From a virus (Duplodnaviria > Caudoviricetes), in the IMG/VR virus record IMGVR_UViG_3300035042_000092, positions 1-36,329 of that record: a stretch of 36,329 nt of DNA; one strand, given 5' to 3'. The notes beneath the pieces were generated by a model. It did no database searches. It was not told the origin of the DNA and saw only the letters and a program-made list of their open reading frames with translations. The first letter of the stretch is position 1; the number at the start of each line of letters is the position of its first letter. Made by a program: the position numbers and the translations under genes. This document shows positions 26,582-35,292 of the stretch, in pieces.

Positions 26582-26640
26582 TCGGTCTCAAAAACCGATG
26601 CCCTCCGGGCGTGCGAGTTCGATTCTCGCCTTCGGCACCA
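26582..26640 (+). other. attP core: 3' half of tRNA-Leu(CAA)
   Basis: Anticodon arm tcggt-CTCAAAA-accga, long variable arm, T arm gcgag-TTCGATT-ctcgc, cttcggcACCA; no D arm upstream. Confidence 0.88.
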
Positions 26641-26650
26641 TAAAAAAGAT

Positions 26651-26690
26651 AAGGGATTCCGCGTATTTGACGGAATCCCTTTTTGTTTTT
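26651..26690 (+). terminator. Intrinsic terminator after the tRNA fragment, probably bidirectional
   Basis: AAGGGATTCCG...CGGAATCCCTT followed by T-tract. Confidence 0.85.
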
Positions 26691-26791
26691 GTGGCTGTTG
26701 GGTGTTTTGCTGTGTTTTGCTTTTGTGGGTGTTTTGTGGCTTTTTTGCGTTGAAACTTGGTAAATTTTTGGTAAATGGTTTTCGCGCCTGA

Positions 26792-27385
26792 TTACCCGTA
26801 CTCATTCAGCTCCAGCTGCCTGAAAAATTCCTTGCTCCAGCTTTGCTCTATCTTATCCACCGTGGGTTGCATCGCGTTTGCCTGGTCGAACATGCTGGCG
26901 ATGGTCACTACTTTGCGCTCTTTTATGGGGTAGCGGCTTTTGCCTACACGTTCGAATACTCCAGTGTGTCCGCTGCGCATGCTCTGGATGAAGCTGTTTG
27001 GCTTGTGGGTCTTGCTGCCTCCGCGTAAAACGCTTACATACACCCCCTTTTTTGTGCGGTTGCGCGTCTTGCGGGTTTTGCGCCCTGCTTTGCTGATGGT
27101 GGCGTATGGCGCATATTCTTTGGCACCGAAGTATGTAAGGCTCAAGGGGCGGCTTTTGGCGTTGATGAACGCGGTTATGCTGCCGGAGCGCTGGGCTTTT
27201 ATCGCCGTTACTGCGCGGTTAATGTCCTTTTTTTTGATATTCCATTTGGCGTATATGTGTTTGCTCGCCTCGGTGCGTCCACTCGATACCGCGCGATTCA
27301 GGGCGCGATACGCGGATTTATCTACGATCTTGCTGTCAAACATCCCCAGGGCTTGTTCGTAGCCTTGTAGCTTTATTTCAAACAT
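26792..27385 (-). CDS. Minor tail protein, gpZ-like
   Basis: RALNRAV..RTEA..., SFIQSMRSGHTGVFERVGKSRYPI; GGAGG RBS. Confidence 0.75.
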   Translation of the reverse strand: MFEIKLQGYEQALGMFDSKIVDKSAYRALNRAVSSGRTEASKHIYAKWNIKKKDINRAVTAIKAQRSGSITAFINAKSRPLSLTYFGAKEYAPYATISKAGRKTRKTRNRTKKGVYVSVLRGGSKTHKPNSFIQSMRSGHTGVFERVGKSRYPIKERKVVTIASMFDQANAMQPTVDKIEQSWSKEFFRQLELNEYG

Positions 27386-27397
27386 AGGTACCTCCAT

Positions 27398-27418
27398 GGT
27401 GGGCAGTGCCCACCCTAC
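27398..27418 (-). repeat. GTAG REP-like palindrome GTAGGGTGGGCACTGCCCACC
   Basis: One mismatch to the 4985/6983 element. Confidence 0.75.
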
Positions 27419-27560
27419 ACCTCAAACTCATACACGGGCAGATCCGGGGCCTCGCCCTGGATCTGGTTTCCCTGGATGTATGCCTTGCTGTTTACCGCCA
27501 CCGCCTGGCCGCGGGCGGTTGCCTTCGCTCGCTTTGGCACCCGTTAAAAGCATGTTCATC

Positions 27561-28607
27561 CTACCTTAAACGCGTCCTGCCCAATAATTTTCTCCGCAAG
27601 TTAAACGTATCGGCATGCCGTGCATGCCCCTCCCACGATGCGATCACAGCTTCAATGTTTTCGGGTGCAGGCTTTCCGGCTGCCTGCTTTCTTTGCATTC
27701 TGCGCAGCTTGCGCTTCATGCGGCGCACGCTGTCTTTCCTGAGCTTCCGGTGAGTGGGCCAGATGCGGTAGCCGAGAAAATCGAGGGGCCTGCCGCCGCC
27801 AATGGAGACGGGATAGACCTGCGTCTTTTCGTTAGTGCGCAAGGAGAGCTTGTCCCAGAGGAAGCCCTCAATGGTTTTTCGCCGGGCGTGAAGGTGGGAC
27901 TTGTCGTGGTGAATGACGCAGAAATCGTCCATGTATCTCAGATATCGGGGCTCTCGCAACTCGTGCTTGGCGAACTGGTCGAGGTCGTGCAGGTAGATAT
28001 TGGCGAAGAGCTGGCTCGTCAGGTTGCCGATGGGGACGCCTCGCGGAAACGGGTCGCCAGGGTCGGCCGTGCTGTCGATGATCTCGTTGAGAAGCCACAG
28101 GGTGTCGGCGCAGGCGATGCGGCGGCGAAGCTGCCCCTTGAGGATCGGGTGGGCGATGTTGGGAAAGTATTTGGCGATATCGGCCTTGAGCACGTAGACG
28201 CAGCCGTGCTCGCGCTTGACCTCGCGCATGAAGGCCTGCGCGCGGTCGGCTCCGGCGTGCGCCCCCTTGCCCGGACGGCAGGCGTAGGTGTCGCGGATGA
28301 ATCGCCGCTCCCAGATCGGCTCGATGGCTCCGACCAGGGCGTGCTGCACGATGCGGTCTTTTAGCGGCAGGGCGGCGACGATGCGCTCCTTGGGCTCGAA
28401 GATGCGAAAGGTGCGGTACGGGCCGGTGCGGTAGCTCTTCCAGATCAGACTGTTCTGGATCTCGATCAGGTTCTCCTCCAGGTTGCGCTCAAAAGCGAGC
28501 ACATCGCCCTGCATGCGCCGCCCCTTGATGACGCGCAGCCACGCCTGGTAGAGCGACTCGAAGGTGATGATCGATGAAAAGATGTCGGTGTAGGTCTTGG
28601 CCATCAT
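27561..28607 (-). CDS. DGR reverse transcriptase
   Basis: EPKER, DRIVQHAL, KADIAKYF, GVPIGNLTSQLFANIYL (DGR-type IG..SQ), RYMDDF, DFLGY; no maturase or endonuclease domain. Confidence 0.96.
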   Translation of the reverse strand: MMAKTYTDIFSSIITFESLYQAWLRVIKGRRMQGDVLAFERNLEENLIEIQNSLIWKSYRTGPYRTFRIFEPKERIVAALPLKDRIVQHALVGAIEPIWERRFIRDTYACRPGKGAHAGADRAQAFMREVKREHGCVYVLKADIAKYFPNIAHPILKGQLRRRIACADTLWLLNEIIDSTADPGDPFPRGVPIGNLTSQLFANIYLHDLDQFAKHELREPRYLRYMDDFCVIHHDKSHLHARRKTIEGFLWDKLSLRTNEKTQVYPVSIGGGRPLDFLGYRIWPTHRKLRKDSVRRMKRKLRRMQRKQAAGKPAPENIEAVIASWEGHARHADTFNLRRKLLGRTRLR

Positions 28608-28770
28608 GAGCCTTGCGGTAAAAGGCGGCCGGGGCGAAGGGTCTCCCCCTGGGATACTGTCTCGCCCCGGCCTGTTCATGTTTTTCGGCGCTTGGCCGAG
28701 GGGTCACGGGTCCTTTCGAAAGTGCACTGGACGTCGCCCCTTAAGGCGCCGACTTCTGGCTGTCTTCGAG

Positions 28771-28887
28771 AGCGGGGCGGAACCCGATGTTCGTGTTCAC
28801 GTTCGAACGCTCATTGTTCAAGTTCAGGGCGAAAGACCCGGCATTCGCACCATTGTTCCAGTTGCCGCCACGGATCGGCAGACGCTC
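28771..28887 (-). repeat. DGR template repeat (TR)
   Basis: 117 nt aligning ungapped to 29326-29442 with 11 mismatches, 10 at TR adenines; 10 AAY codons. Confidence 0.96.
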
Positions 28888-29242
28888 ACGCCTCATGTTT
28901 ACCCGCGCCCCTGTTGGTACTCTTGAACCAACCTCCCACCATGCGGCCGACTTCGTCGAGCTGCCGGCTCCAGACCTCGTACTTCTTGAACGGGAGATAT
29001 TCAAGCTGCATCGCCACCCGAATCTGCGAACGCAGCAGATCGAGCTCAGCATCCAGGTCCTGCATAGTGGTCTTCTTGTGGTAGCGGCGATTGCAAATGA
29101 TGATCAGGCGCAACAGGCTCCACATGCTCTGACGGATCTCCTGCGAAAGCACGTGGCGCTCGGCCTTGGGAAACTGCCGCAGCGCCCCGTACCCGTAGGC
29201 GATCATGTCTTCGCACTTGCGCCTGATCTTCAACTCGTCCAC
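28886..29242 (-). CDS. avd: DGR accessory variability determinant (four-helix bundle)
   Basis: QFPKAERHVLSQEIR, KKTTMQDLDAELDLLR, EVGRMVGGW; between target and TR. Confidence 0.93.
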   Translation of the reverse strand: MDELKIRRKCEDMIAYGYGALRQFPKAERHVLSQEIRQSMWSLLRLIIICNRRYHKKTTMQDLDAELDLLRSQIRVAMQLEYLPFKKYEVWSRQLDEVGRMVGGWFKSTNRGAGKHEA

Positions 29243-29272
29243 GACCACAAAACCTTTCAAGGAAAAGGGCAA

Positions 29273-29290
29273 GACGGGCTATCGCCCGCC
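29273..29290 (-). promoter_or_regulatory. DGR target-recognition hairpin downstream of VR/IMH
   Basis: GGCGGGC-GATA-GCCCGTC, GC-rich stem with GRNA loop, ~24 nt after the target stop. Confidence 0.7.
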
Positions 29291-29313
29291 CCACCAGAAC
29301 ACAGAGAACAGAA

Positions 29314-30399
29314 TTACAGAACGAAAGCGGGGCGGAACCCGATGTCCGTGTACACGAGCGAACGCACATTGCTCAAGTACAGGGCGAAAGACCCGGCATT
29401 CGCACCATTGCCCCAGTTGCCGCCACGGCGCGGCAGACGCTCCCCGGCGTTGCGCATATACACCGTGCCGCGATTCATGTCAGTGGCATGCGGGTGCAAG
29501 CCGAGCTGCTGGAGGATCGCGGGGATCGTCACGCCGTTTGCTGCGGTCAGGCTTTTGTACCAGACACCTGCCGAGGTCGATCCATCGCTTTGGCTGGTGA
29601 CAGCGGTTGCCAGTTGAGGGGCGCCGGTACCATTAGCCCCGGTGGCGTTCCACTTGAGGGTGTTCGCCGTTCCCGGCGCCACAAGGGAGCCGTCCTGCAA
29701 GATTGCCCGCCAGGCGCTGGAACCGGCGGCGTGACTGATGGTGTTGTCGGCGGCGTTGTTGTCGGCGATGACCTGAATCTCTCCGTCGACGATGCGCAGG
29801 CCGCGCACCCACTCCCAGACGTTGCCGACCAGATCGGCGATGCCGCTCGGCTCGCCGTTGTGCCGCCATGAGGCGGGACCCGCGCCGGCCAGGGTGCGGG
29901 CGGTGCCGCTGGCTTCGCCCGGCGTGCCGGCGTCCTGCCGGGGTGCTGTCTCGAAGGTCGCCAGATAGTCGCGGCCGTAATCGGTGTTGCCGTGGATCGA
30001 GTCCGCACCGAACTGCTTGTGGGTCAGAAGCGCGATCGCCGCCCATTCGGCATTGGTCATCATGTGCCAGCCTGCCCCCTTGGCAGTGCAGTAGCCGTCC
30101 GCTTGGTCGTAATTGACTAAGGTTGTCTGATCTTGGCCGGGCAGCGAGAGCGCCATGCCGTCGTGCACGTTGGCGGGGTACTGGGCAACCCATATTTCCG
30201 CCTTCGTCGTGCCGTTGACCACGAAGGCGGGGTGCGGGGTCGCAGGCCACGCCGGGTCGATCGTATCGAGAGTAAACAGGGGGACTCGGCACATGTGGCT
30301 GGGATAGCCCTTGTCGTCGTACATCACGGTTACCTGACCGCCGGTGGCGGCTTCCACGCTCTGGCGCAGACTGTCCTTAATGCTGATGATGATGCTCAC
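29314..30399 (-). CDS. DGR target protein, FGE-sulfatase/C-type-lectin fold; probable receptor-binding tail protein
   Basis: GWHMMTNAEW, ADLVGNVWEW, RGGNW...IGFRPA; VR at the C-terminus; last gene of tail cluster; GTG start after GGAG. Confidence 0.9.
   Translation of the reverse strand: MSIIISIKDSLRQSVEAATGGQVTVMYDDKGYPSHMCRVPLFTLDTIDPAWPATPHPAFVVNGTTKAEIWVAQYPANVHDGMALSLPGQDQTTLVNYDQADGYCTAKGAGWHMMTNAEWAAIALLTHKQFGADSIHGNTDYGRDYLATFETAPRQDAGTPGEASGTARTLAGAGPASWRHNGEPSGIADLVGNVWEWVRGLRIVDGEIQVIADNNAADNTISHAAGSSAWRAILQDGSLVAPGTANTLKWNATGANGTGAPQLATAVTSQSDGSTSAGVWYKSLTAANGVTIPAILQQLGLHPHATDMNRGTVYMRNAGERLPRRGGNWGNGANAGSFALYLSNVRSLVYTDIGFRPAFVL
29326..29442 (-). repeat. DGR variable repeat (VR)
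   Basis: ERLPRRGGNWGNGANAGSFALYLSNVRSLVYTDIGFRPA vs TR ERLPIRGGNWNNGANAGSFALNLNNERSNVNTNIGFRPA. Confidence 0.96.
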
Positions 30400-30401
30400 G
30401 A

Positions 30402-30746
30402 TTATTCTCCTTCGGTTGCGGTGGTGGGCAACGCCCACAGGTTGAGAGTCACGAGATCGGTTTTCAGGGGGTCGAGCCGGCGCTCAATGACGGGAGACCC
30501 GTCCTCGCCGCTCTCCCCGGTTTCTGTATCGGTGTAGGTCGCCGGCGGAATCACGATGTTGGCCACGTACCATCCCGCCCCTCGGCCCTCGACGACGCTG
30601 CCGTCGCCGGAGAGAGAGAGATCGATGGCGGTGGCGACATCCGCCTGCCGGGCGGCCAGGTCGATGGCGCAGTTGCCCACGGTCAGGATGGCGCCCTCCA
30701 GGGCGACCGTCGCATGGCGCCCTTCTGTCATGATGATCTTTTGCAT
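30402..30746 (-). CDS. Tail-associated hypothetical protein
   Basis: 114 aa, AGGAGG RBS, between tail fibre and DGR target. Confidence 0.7.
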   Translation of the reverse strand: MQKIIMTEGRHATVALEGAILTVGNCAIDLAARQADVATAIDLSLSGDGSVVEGRGAGWYVANIVIPPATYTDTETGESGEDGSPVIERRLDPLKTDLVTLNLWALPTTATEGE

Positions 30747-30758
30747 GGTCGATCCTCC

Positions 30759-31637
30759 TTAATTTGCCGGGTTGAGCAGCGTCCAACGTACCATCACGTT
30801 GTCGGCGCTGCCTCTGATGCGGATCTTGAAGCCGTTCTGTTGCCGGTCGACGACCTCCAGCTCGCCCACGGCCCCGATGTAGGTTGCCGACTCCACCATC
30901 AGCTCCACTGCGTAATCGGGAGCGTTGAGCTGGGGGGCGGGAAGGGGCACGTAAACGTCTTGGACGGTGTTGATCGTCCAGCCGTTCCAGGGCTGCAGCG
31001 TGCGACGATCCGTCAGCGTGACGGCGCTCAGGTTGTTTGCTGTGTCTCCTGCCGGCACGGTCAGCTGGTACAAGAGCAGTGCCGCGTCGGGGACGGCCGT
31101 ATCCACATCGACCCGGTACGCCCCGCTCTCCAGCGTCAGGTACGCGTAATAGACCACGTCGGAGGTGCCGGGGTTGGTTGGGACCGTCACGTGGTAGTCA
31201 TCGTCGGGGATAAAGCGCATGCCGCCGTCGATCCATGCCCGGCTTACGCCGCTGCCCACGGTGCCGCTGGCCGACAGGTGCAGCGCCCTGATGTCCGCCT
31301 TGCTCAGTACGCACCCCGAGACGACCCATTTGTTTTTGAGCACCACCGTCCCCTGGGCCAGGGAGCGGTGCTGGAGGTTTTCTATCGCCTGGGCATTGAC
31401 GCCCGAGATCGACAGAGCCTGGGAGATGGCGGCCACGATGGCGTTTTGCGCCTCGTCGTCGATCCCCTCGGCCAGCGCCTGTAGCTCTTCGACCTTGTCT
31501 TTCAGATACCGCGTGCGATTGCCGAGCTGCTTGCCCTGCACGTTGCTGATGCCGTTGGGTCCGCCCACCACCGGATCGGTCGTTTCGATCTGGTAGACAC
31601 CGGCTACCCACTCGCTGGCTTCGCTCAAATTTGCCAT
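30759..31637 (-). CDS. Tail fibre protein (proximal)
   Basis: MANLSE..W..GVYQIETTDPVVGGPNGISN.Q..QLGNRTRYLK N-terminus typical of myovirus fibres. Confidence 0.8.
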   Translation of the reverse strand: MANLSEASEWVAGVYQIETTDPVVGGPNGISNVQGKQLGNRTRYLKDKVEELQALAEGIDDEAQNAIVAAISQALSISGVNAQAIENLQHRSLAQGTVVLKNKWVVSGCVLSKADIRALHLSASGTVGSGVSRAWIDGGMRFIPDDDYHVTVPTNPGTSDVVYYAYLTLESGAYRVDVDTAVPDAALLLYQLTVPAGDTANNLSAVTLTDRRTLQPWNGWTINTVQDVYVPLPAPQLNAPDYAVELMVESATYIGAVGELEVVDRQQNGFKIRIRGSADNVMVRWTLLNPAN

Positions 31638-31648
31638 GATTTAACTCC

Positions 31649-32089
31649 TTAAAATGTAATGGTCCACGTCCCCGAGAGGCTGATATCCGACTCTTTTTCG
31701 ATCGCCCCGCGCACCTTGCGCGAGAAAAGCGACCCATCCGAACACACGAGCCCGAATTCCCGTATCGCCTTGCCGTTGGCCTCGCTCGTGGCCAGACTCC
31801 AACTAAATTCGACCTGCCCTGGCGCGGGATAGGTGCGCCCCGAAAGGTTTTTGACATACGCGCCCGTCAAGGCGGCGTCGTCCGGGCTTGGCCCGTCGCC
31901 GCTCGTACCGAAGCCGATCTGCGCCACGGTTTTGCCAGCGCCGTCGCCGCCGATGAGCTGCGCCAGCGCCGCCCGCGCCCCGCTGACGATGAGGTTTTCA
32001 TCGCTCCACTGATCCACCAGGTGCCCCCGGCGAAAGACCTGAACGGTCAGCCGGCCCTGGGGGAGGGGCAGGTTTTCTTGTAAATCCAT
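31649..32089 (-). CDS. Baseplate/tail-fibre attachment protein
   Basis: NLIV.., IGFGTSG, EANGKAIREFGL, LFSRK..IEK. Confidence 0.7.
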   Translation of the reverse strand: MDLQENLPLPQGRLTVQVFRRGHLVDQWSDENLIVSGARAALAQLIGGDGAGKTVAQIGFGTSGDGPSPDDAALTGAYVKNLSGRTYPAPGQVEFSWSLATSEANGKAIREFGLVCSDGSLFSRKVRGAIEKESDISLSGTWTITF

Positions 32090-32100
32090 ATCGTTGCTCC

Positions 32101-33093
32101 TTATGCTGTGAGGGATTCAACAGACGTCGCCGCATGGTGGCGCGCGCCGTCGTAGCCGTGTCTGCCGTTGTGCCGCACCTGTCGGGTGAGGCGGATCGCC
32201 AAGGCGTCTCGCGGGGAGGTCCCATCTGCGCCATAGTGCCCGGCGGCGTCAAAGACGGCCCGCCCGTCGTGCGCCGGGGCGTCAAGGGCATAGCGGTCGC
32301 AGGCGCTAACGGGGATGGCGTCGAGATCCAGGCCGCTGCGCTCGTTGTCGTGCCGCGCCCCTGTGGTCTCCCACCTGCTGTACTTGCTCAGGCCGCTGTA
32401 GGCCTGCTCCGAGCTGTAGCGCCACGCCCCGTCGTGCCGTATCGGGTCATGCCCCTCGATCAGCTGCGCCCCGTCGTGCCGGATCTGCCCACCGTAGGTC
32501 AGGCCGAAGTGAGCCTCCTCCGTCAGCACAGGGGATACCTCCGTCGCGGCGGCCTCCTGAGGTTTGATCTCATCGCCGACCGAAACCCCGTAGCTCAGCT
32601 CGCGCAGATGACGGCTGACCGGTTTGGACATATCGATCAGTCGTGACAGCCTCTCCCGGTCGGCACCCGAGAGGCCTTTGCCTTCGCCCAGATCGGCGTG
32701 CACGTCGAAGAGCGCCCAGCGGCTGCCGCCGAAGTAGGTCTCCACTCCGTCATGCAGCTGGCTGCCGTCGTGCGTCAGCCGGGGCAGCCCCTCCTGGATC
32801 GTCGCCTCGGCGAAGCCGACCGAGCGCAACGCCTCGCGCACGGCCCACACCGTCCCCTTGCGGCGGTGGATGGCGACGCTCTCGGCAATGGCGCGGCGCT
32901 TGACCGCCTCGCTCCATGCGCTATCCCACACGTCCACTGAGAGAGCCCAGGCCAACCAGGGCAGCAGGGTAGCGGGGCAGTTCTGCTGATCCCAGAGTCC
33001 GCCCACCGGAACGGGGATGTCGGTGGCGCGGGCGGTAGCTTCACCAAGCGCTCTTTCGGCCGCCGTGGCGCTGGGGGGCAGCAAATTACTCAT
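32101..33093 (-). CDS. P2 gpI-like tail protein with C-terminal (R/T)HDG-repeat extension
   Basis: LLPPSAT, CPATLLPWLAWALSVD.WD, HRRKGT. Confidence 0.88.
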   Translation of the reverse strand: MSNLLPPSATAAERALGEATARATDIPVPVGGLWDQQNCPATLLPWLAWALSVDVWDSAWSEAVKRRAIAESVAIHRRKGTVWAVREALRSVGFAEATIQEGLPRLTHDGSQLHDGVETYFGGSRWALFDVHADLGEGKGLSGADRERLSRLIDMSKPVSRHLRELSYGVSVGDEIKPQEAAATEVSPVLTEEAHFGLTYGGQIRHDGAQLIEGHDPIRHDGAWRYSSEQAYSGLSKYSRWETTGARHDNERSGLDLDAIPVSACDRYALDAPAHDGRAVFDAAGHYGADGTSPRDALAIRLTRQVRHNGRHGYDGARHHAATSVESLTA

Positions 33094-33973
33094 CGCGCCC
33101 CTCCATGGTGATGCTCAAAGATTGGCACCAGGGGGCCTGATGATCTTCGATCGGCAGGTCCTGGGTCGGGGAGACGAGCCGCACCTTCTGCACTCCGGGC
33201 TGATGCAGCGCGGCATAGAGGCCGGAGGTGGTAACATCCCGCCCCAATCGGTGCTGTCGTTCGATATAGTCTTTGACGGCCCCCTCGGCTTGAGCGAGCA
33301 CAACGCTTTCATCTGGGCCGAAATAAAGGGTTAGCGCCGCCTCCACGACAAAGGACACGATCTCGGCCGCCTGCACCGTGACCCCGTCGCACAGGGGGCG
33401 CACCATCTCGTCAGAGAGCGCCTCCGATACGTCTTGCAGCAGTTGCGCCGAGGGAGTTCCGTCGGTATCGGTCGAGAGGATCGTCACCACCACCTCGCCA
33501 GGCGAAGGGCTTGAGACCGAGGCGTCTTTCACTTCTGCCGAAGCCGATGTGGCGTGCCAGGCGTAGGCGCCCGCGCTGCCCGCGCTCGTCCACCCCTCGG
33601 GGGCGCTCTGGACCCTGGCCCGCAGTAACGCGTCGCTCTCGTATGACGGCGGCACAGGCGGGGCCGCATCCGGATCACCGGGGTCGATGACCAGCCTCTC
33701 GATGCCATAGAGCGCGGCAAGGTGGTCCAGGTCGCTGCCGGCGGCATAGGCCAGCATCACCGAGCGGGCCGCATCGTTGACCCGCTGCCGCAGCAGCAAC
33801 TCGCGGTAGGCGGCCACCTCCAGGATCTTGTAGGCCGGGTCAGACTCGAGCAGGGCGTCGAACTCAGAATCCCTCTGGCGCAAATCGGACACCATGGCGG
33901 CCAGTATTTCTTCGAAATCAAGCGTCTCCACCACGTCGGGCGCAGGCAAAAGGCTCAGGTCGATCACACTCAT
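33086..33973 (-). CDS. P2 gpJ-like baseplate protein
   Basis: IDLSLLPAPDVVETLDFE, AYRELLLRQRVN, SAGSAGAY, VRPLCD. Confidence 0.93.
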   Translation of the reverse strand: MSVIDLSLLPAPDVVETLDFEEILAAMVSDLRQRDSEFDALLESDPAYKILEVAAYRELLLRQRVNDAARSVMLAYAAGSDLDHLAALYGIERLVIDPGDPDAAPPVPPSYESDALLRARVQSAPEGWTSAGSAGAYAWHATSASAEVKDASVSSPSPGEVVVTILSTDTDGTPSAQLLQDVSEALSDEMVRPLCDGVTVQAAEIVSFVVEAALTLYFGPDESVVLAQAEGAVKDYIERQHRLGRDVTTSGLYAALHQPGVQKVRLVSPTQDLPIEDHQAPWCQSLSITMEGRDE

Positions 33974-34305
33974 ACGACAATGTCCTCCAGAGTCACAGGT
34001 TCGCCGCTGGGTCGATAGCGGCCGGTCAGGGTCAGGCTGATTTTTCCGCTCTCAATGGTGTCCGCCTGCACGCTCTCCACGAGCAGGCGCGGCTCCCATT
34101 TTTTTATTGCTTCGGCGGTGGCGGCGTAAATGTCTACCAGCAGCGCCGGGCTGGTGGGGTGGTCTACCAGCTCAAACAGGCGGCTGCCGTAATCGCGCCG
34201 CATCACGCGTGAGCCCAGGGGTGTAGTTAAAATATCCTCTATGCTCTGGCGCAGATGGTCTTTATCTTCCAGGCTTTTGCCTGTTGTCCTGTCCATGCCT
34301 CTCAT
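33970..34305 (-). CDS. P2 gpW / gp25-like baseplate wedge protein
   Basis: HLRQSIEDILTTPLGSRVMRRDYGS, WEPR. Confidence 0.93.
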   Translation of the reverse strand: MRGMDRTTGKSLEDKDHLRQSIEDILTTPLGSRVMRRDYGSRLFELVDHPTSPALLVDIYAATAEAIKKWEPRLLVESVQADTIESGKISLTLTGRYRPSGEPVTLEDIVV

Positions 34306-35292
34306 CTACTGCCCTCCCTTGGGTATCTCGGCTTCAAGGTCACATGTGTATCCGCCTTTTTCTATCCGATGCGTAACCCTGGTCACGCTCCAGCTTCCGT
34401 CAACTCCGGAGCGCACCCCGGAAAGTTTCAGCGGGCTTTCGGCCACAAAAGTGGGGTTGCCGGGGCAGGTGGCGCGCAAGGTAGAAACGCCGCGCGTAAA
34501 GGCGTCAAGCTGGGCCTGGGCGGCGCTGGTGGCTGTAGCTTCGTCGGGGTAAAGGCGGCGGATGGTGTAGGTCGGATCCCCTTCGCCTACGGTAACGCTC
34601 TGCTCTGTTGCTGTGTCCGGATCGTGCCAGCGCCCGATAACTGCAAGATACTTTCCGCGCTCGGCAATAGTCACGCTCAAGCGGCTGAGGTCGCCACCGA
34701 AAAGGTTGATGGCTGGCAGCTCTTTACCGCTAGCGCTCTTTGCTTCGCCCGGCGGCACAAATAGCAACATACCCCCGGCGGGCTTGGCGATTGCACCGCG
34801 CTCACGCGCGAGGCGGGTGAGGAAGTGCAGATCCGATTCATCCAGCTGGTCCAGATGTTTTATCTGTTCCGTTGCCAGCGCCTGTGCCACCTTGGGTGTG
34901 TAACCGTGTTCGGCGGCAATTGTGGAAACTATGTCGCTTACGCTTACATCTTCCCAGGGGCGGGTGCGTGGGCGCTTAAGCCCCTGGCGCAGATCGGCCG
35001 CGCGTGATCTGATCCTCAAGGTTTGCGGGTTTGATGACAGGGATATTTCATCCACAACGTAGCGCCCCATTGTAAGCACGCCGCTTTCCTTGTAGCCCAT
35101 GCCGATCTCGAGTTCTGCGCCGGTGCGCGGCAGGGCGATTACTCCATCGCGGTCGTCCAGGGTTATTTCGGCGCTGTCGCTGTCGGTGCCTGCCTCATCC
35201 GTAACGCTGAGCGACACAAAGCGCGCGCGGATCGCGGCGGTTATGTCGGCAGAATCAGCAAGTATGCGGAAGTCTGGTGTCATCAGTCCCAC
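34306..35292 (-). CDS. P2 gpD-like tail/baseplate hub protein
   Basis: LSVTDEAG..SD, DQLDESDLHFLTRLA, W.VTRVTH. Confidence 0.9.
   Translation of the reverse strand: MGLMTPDFRILADSADITAAIRARFVSLSVTDEAGTDSDSAEITLDDRDGVIALPRTGAELEIGMGYKESGVLTMGRYVVDEISLSSNPQTLRIRSRAADLRQGLKRPRTRPWEDVSVSDIVSTIAAEHGYTPKVAQALATEQIKHLDQLDESDLHFLTRLARERGAIAKPAGGMLLFVPPGEAKSASGKELPAINLFGGDLSRLSVTIAERGKYLAVIGRWHDPDTATEQSVTVGEGDPTYTIRRLYPDEATATSAAQAQLDAFTRGVSTLRATCPGNPTFVAESPLKLSGVRSGVDGSWSVTRVTHRIEKGGYTCDLEAEIPKGGQ

Noticed and set aside
26561-26640. Functional tRNA-Leu gene
   Set aside because: No D arm and too little sequence between the possible 5' acceptor strand and the anticodon stem; fits an attP core.
27561-28607. 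Group II intron or retron RT
   Set aside because: No maturase/endonuclease domain or retron VTG motif; avd and an adenine-specific TR/VR pair identify a DGR.
28708-28714. Second GGGTCCT cosQ-like motif
   Set aside because: Opposite strand to the packaging genes, no cosN-like sequence follows, and it lies in the DGR TR-RT spacer.
28741-29052. Protein-coding ORF resembling the target C-terminus
   Set aside because: It is the TR read in frame, overlapping avd; TR works as RNA.
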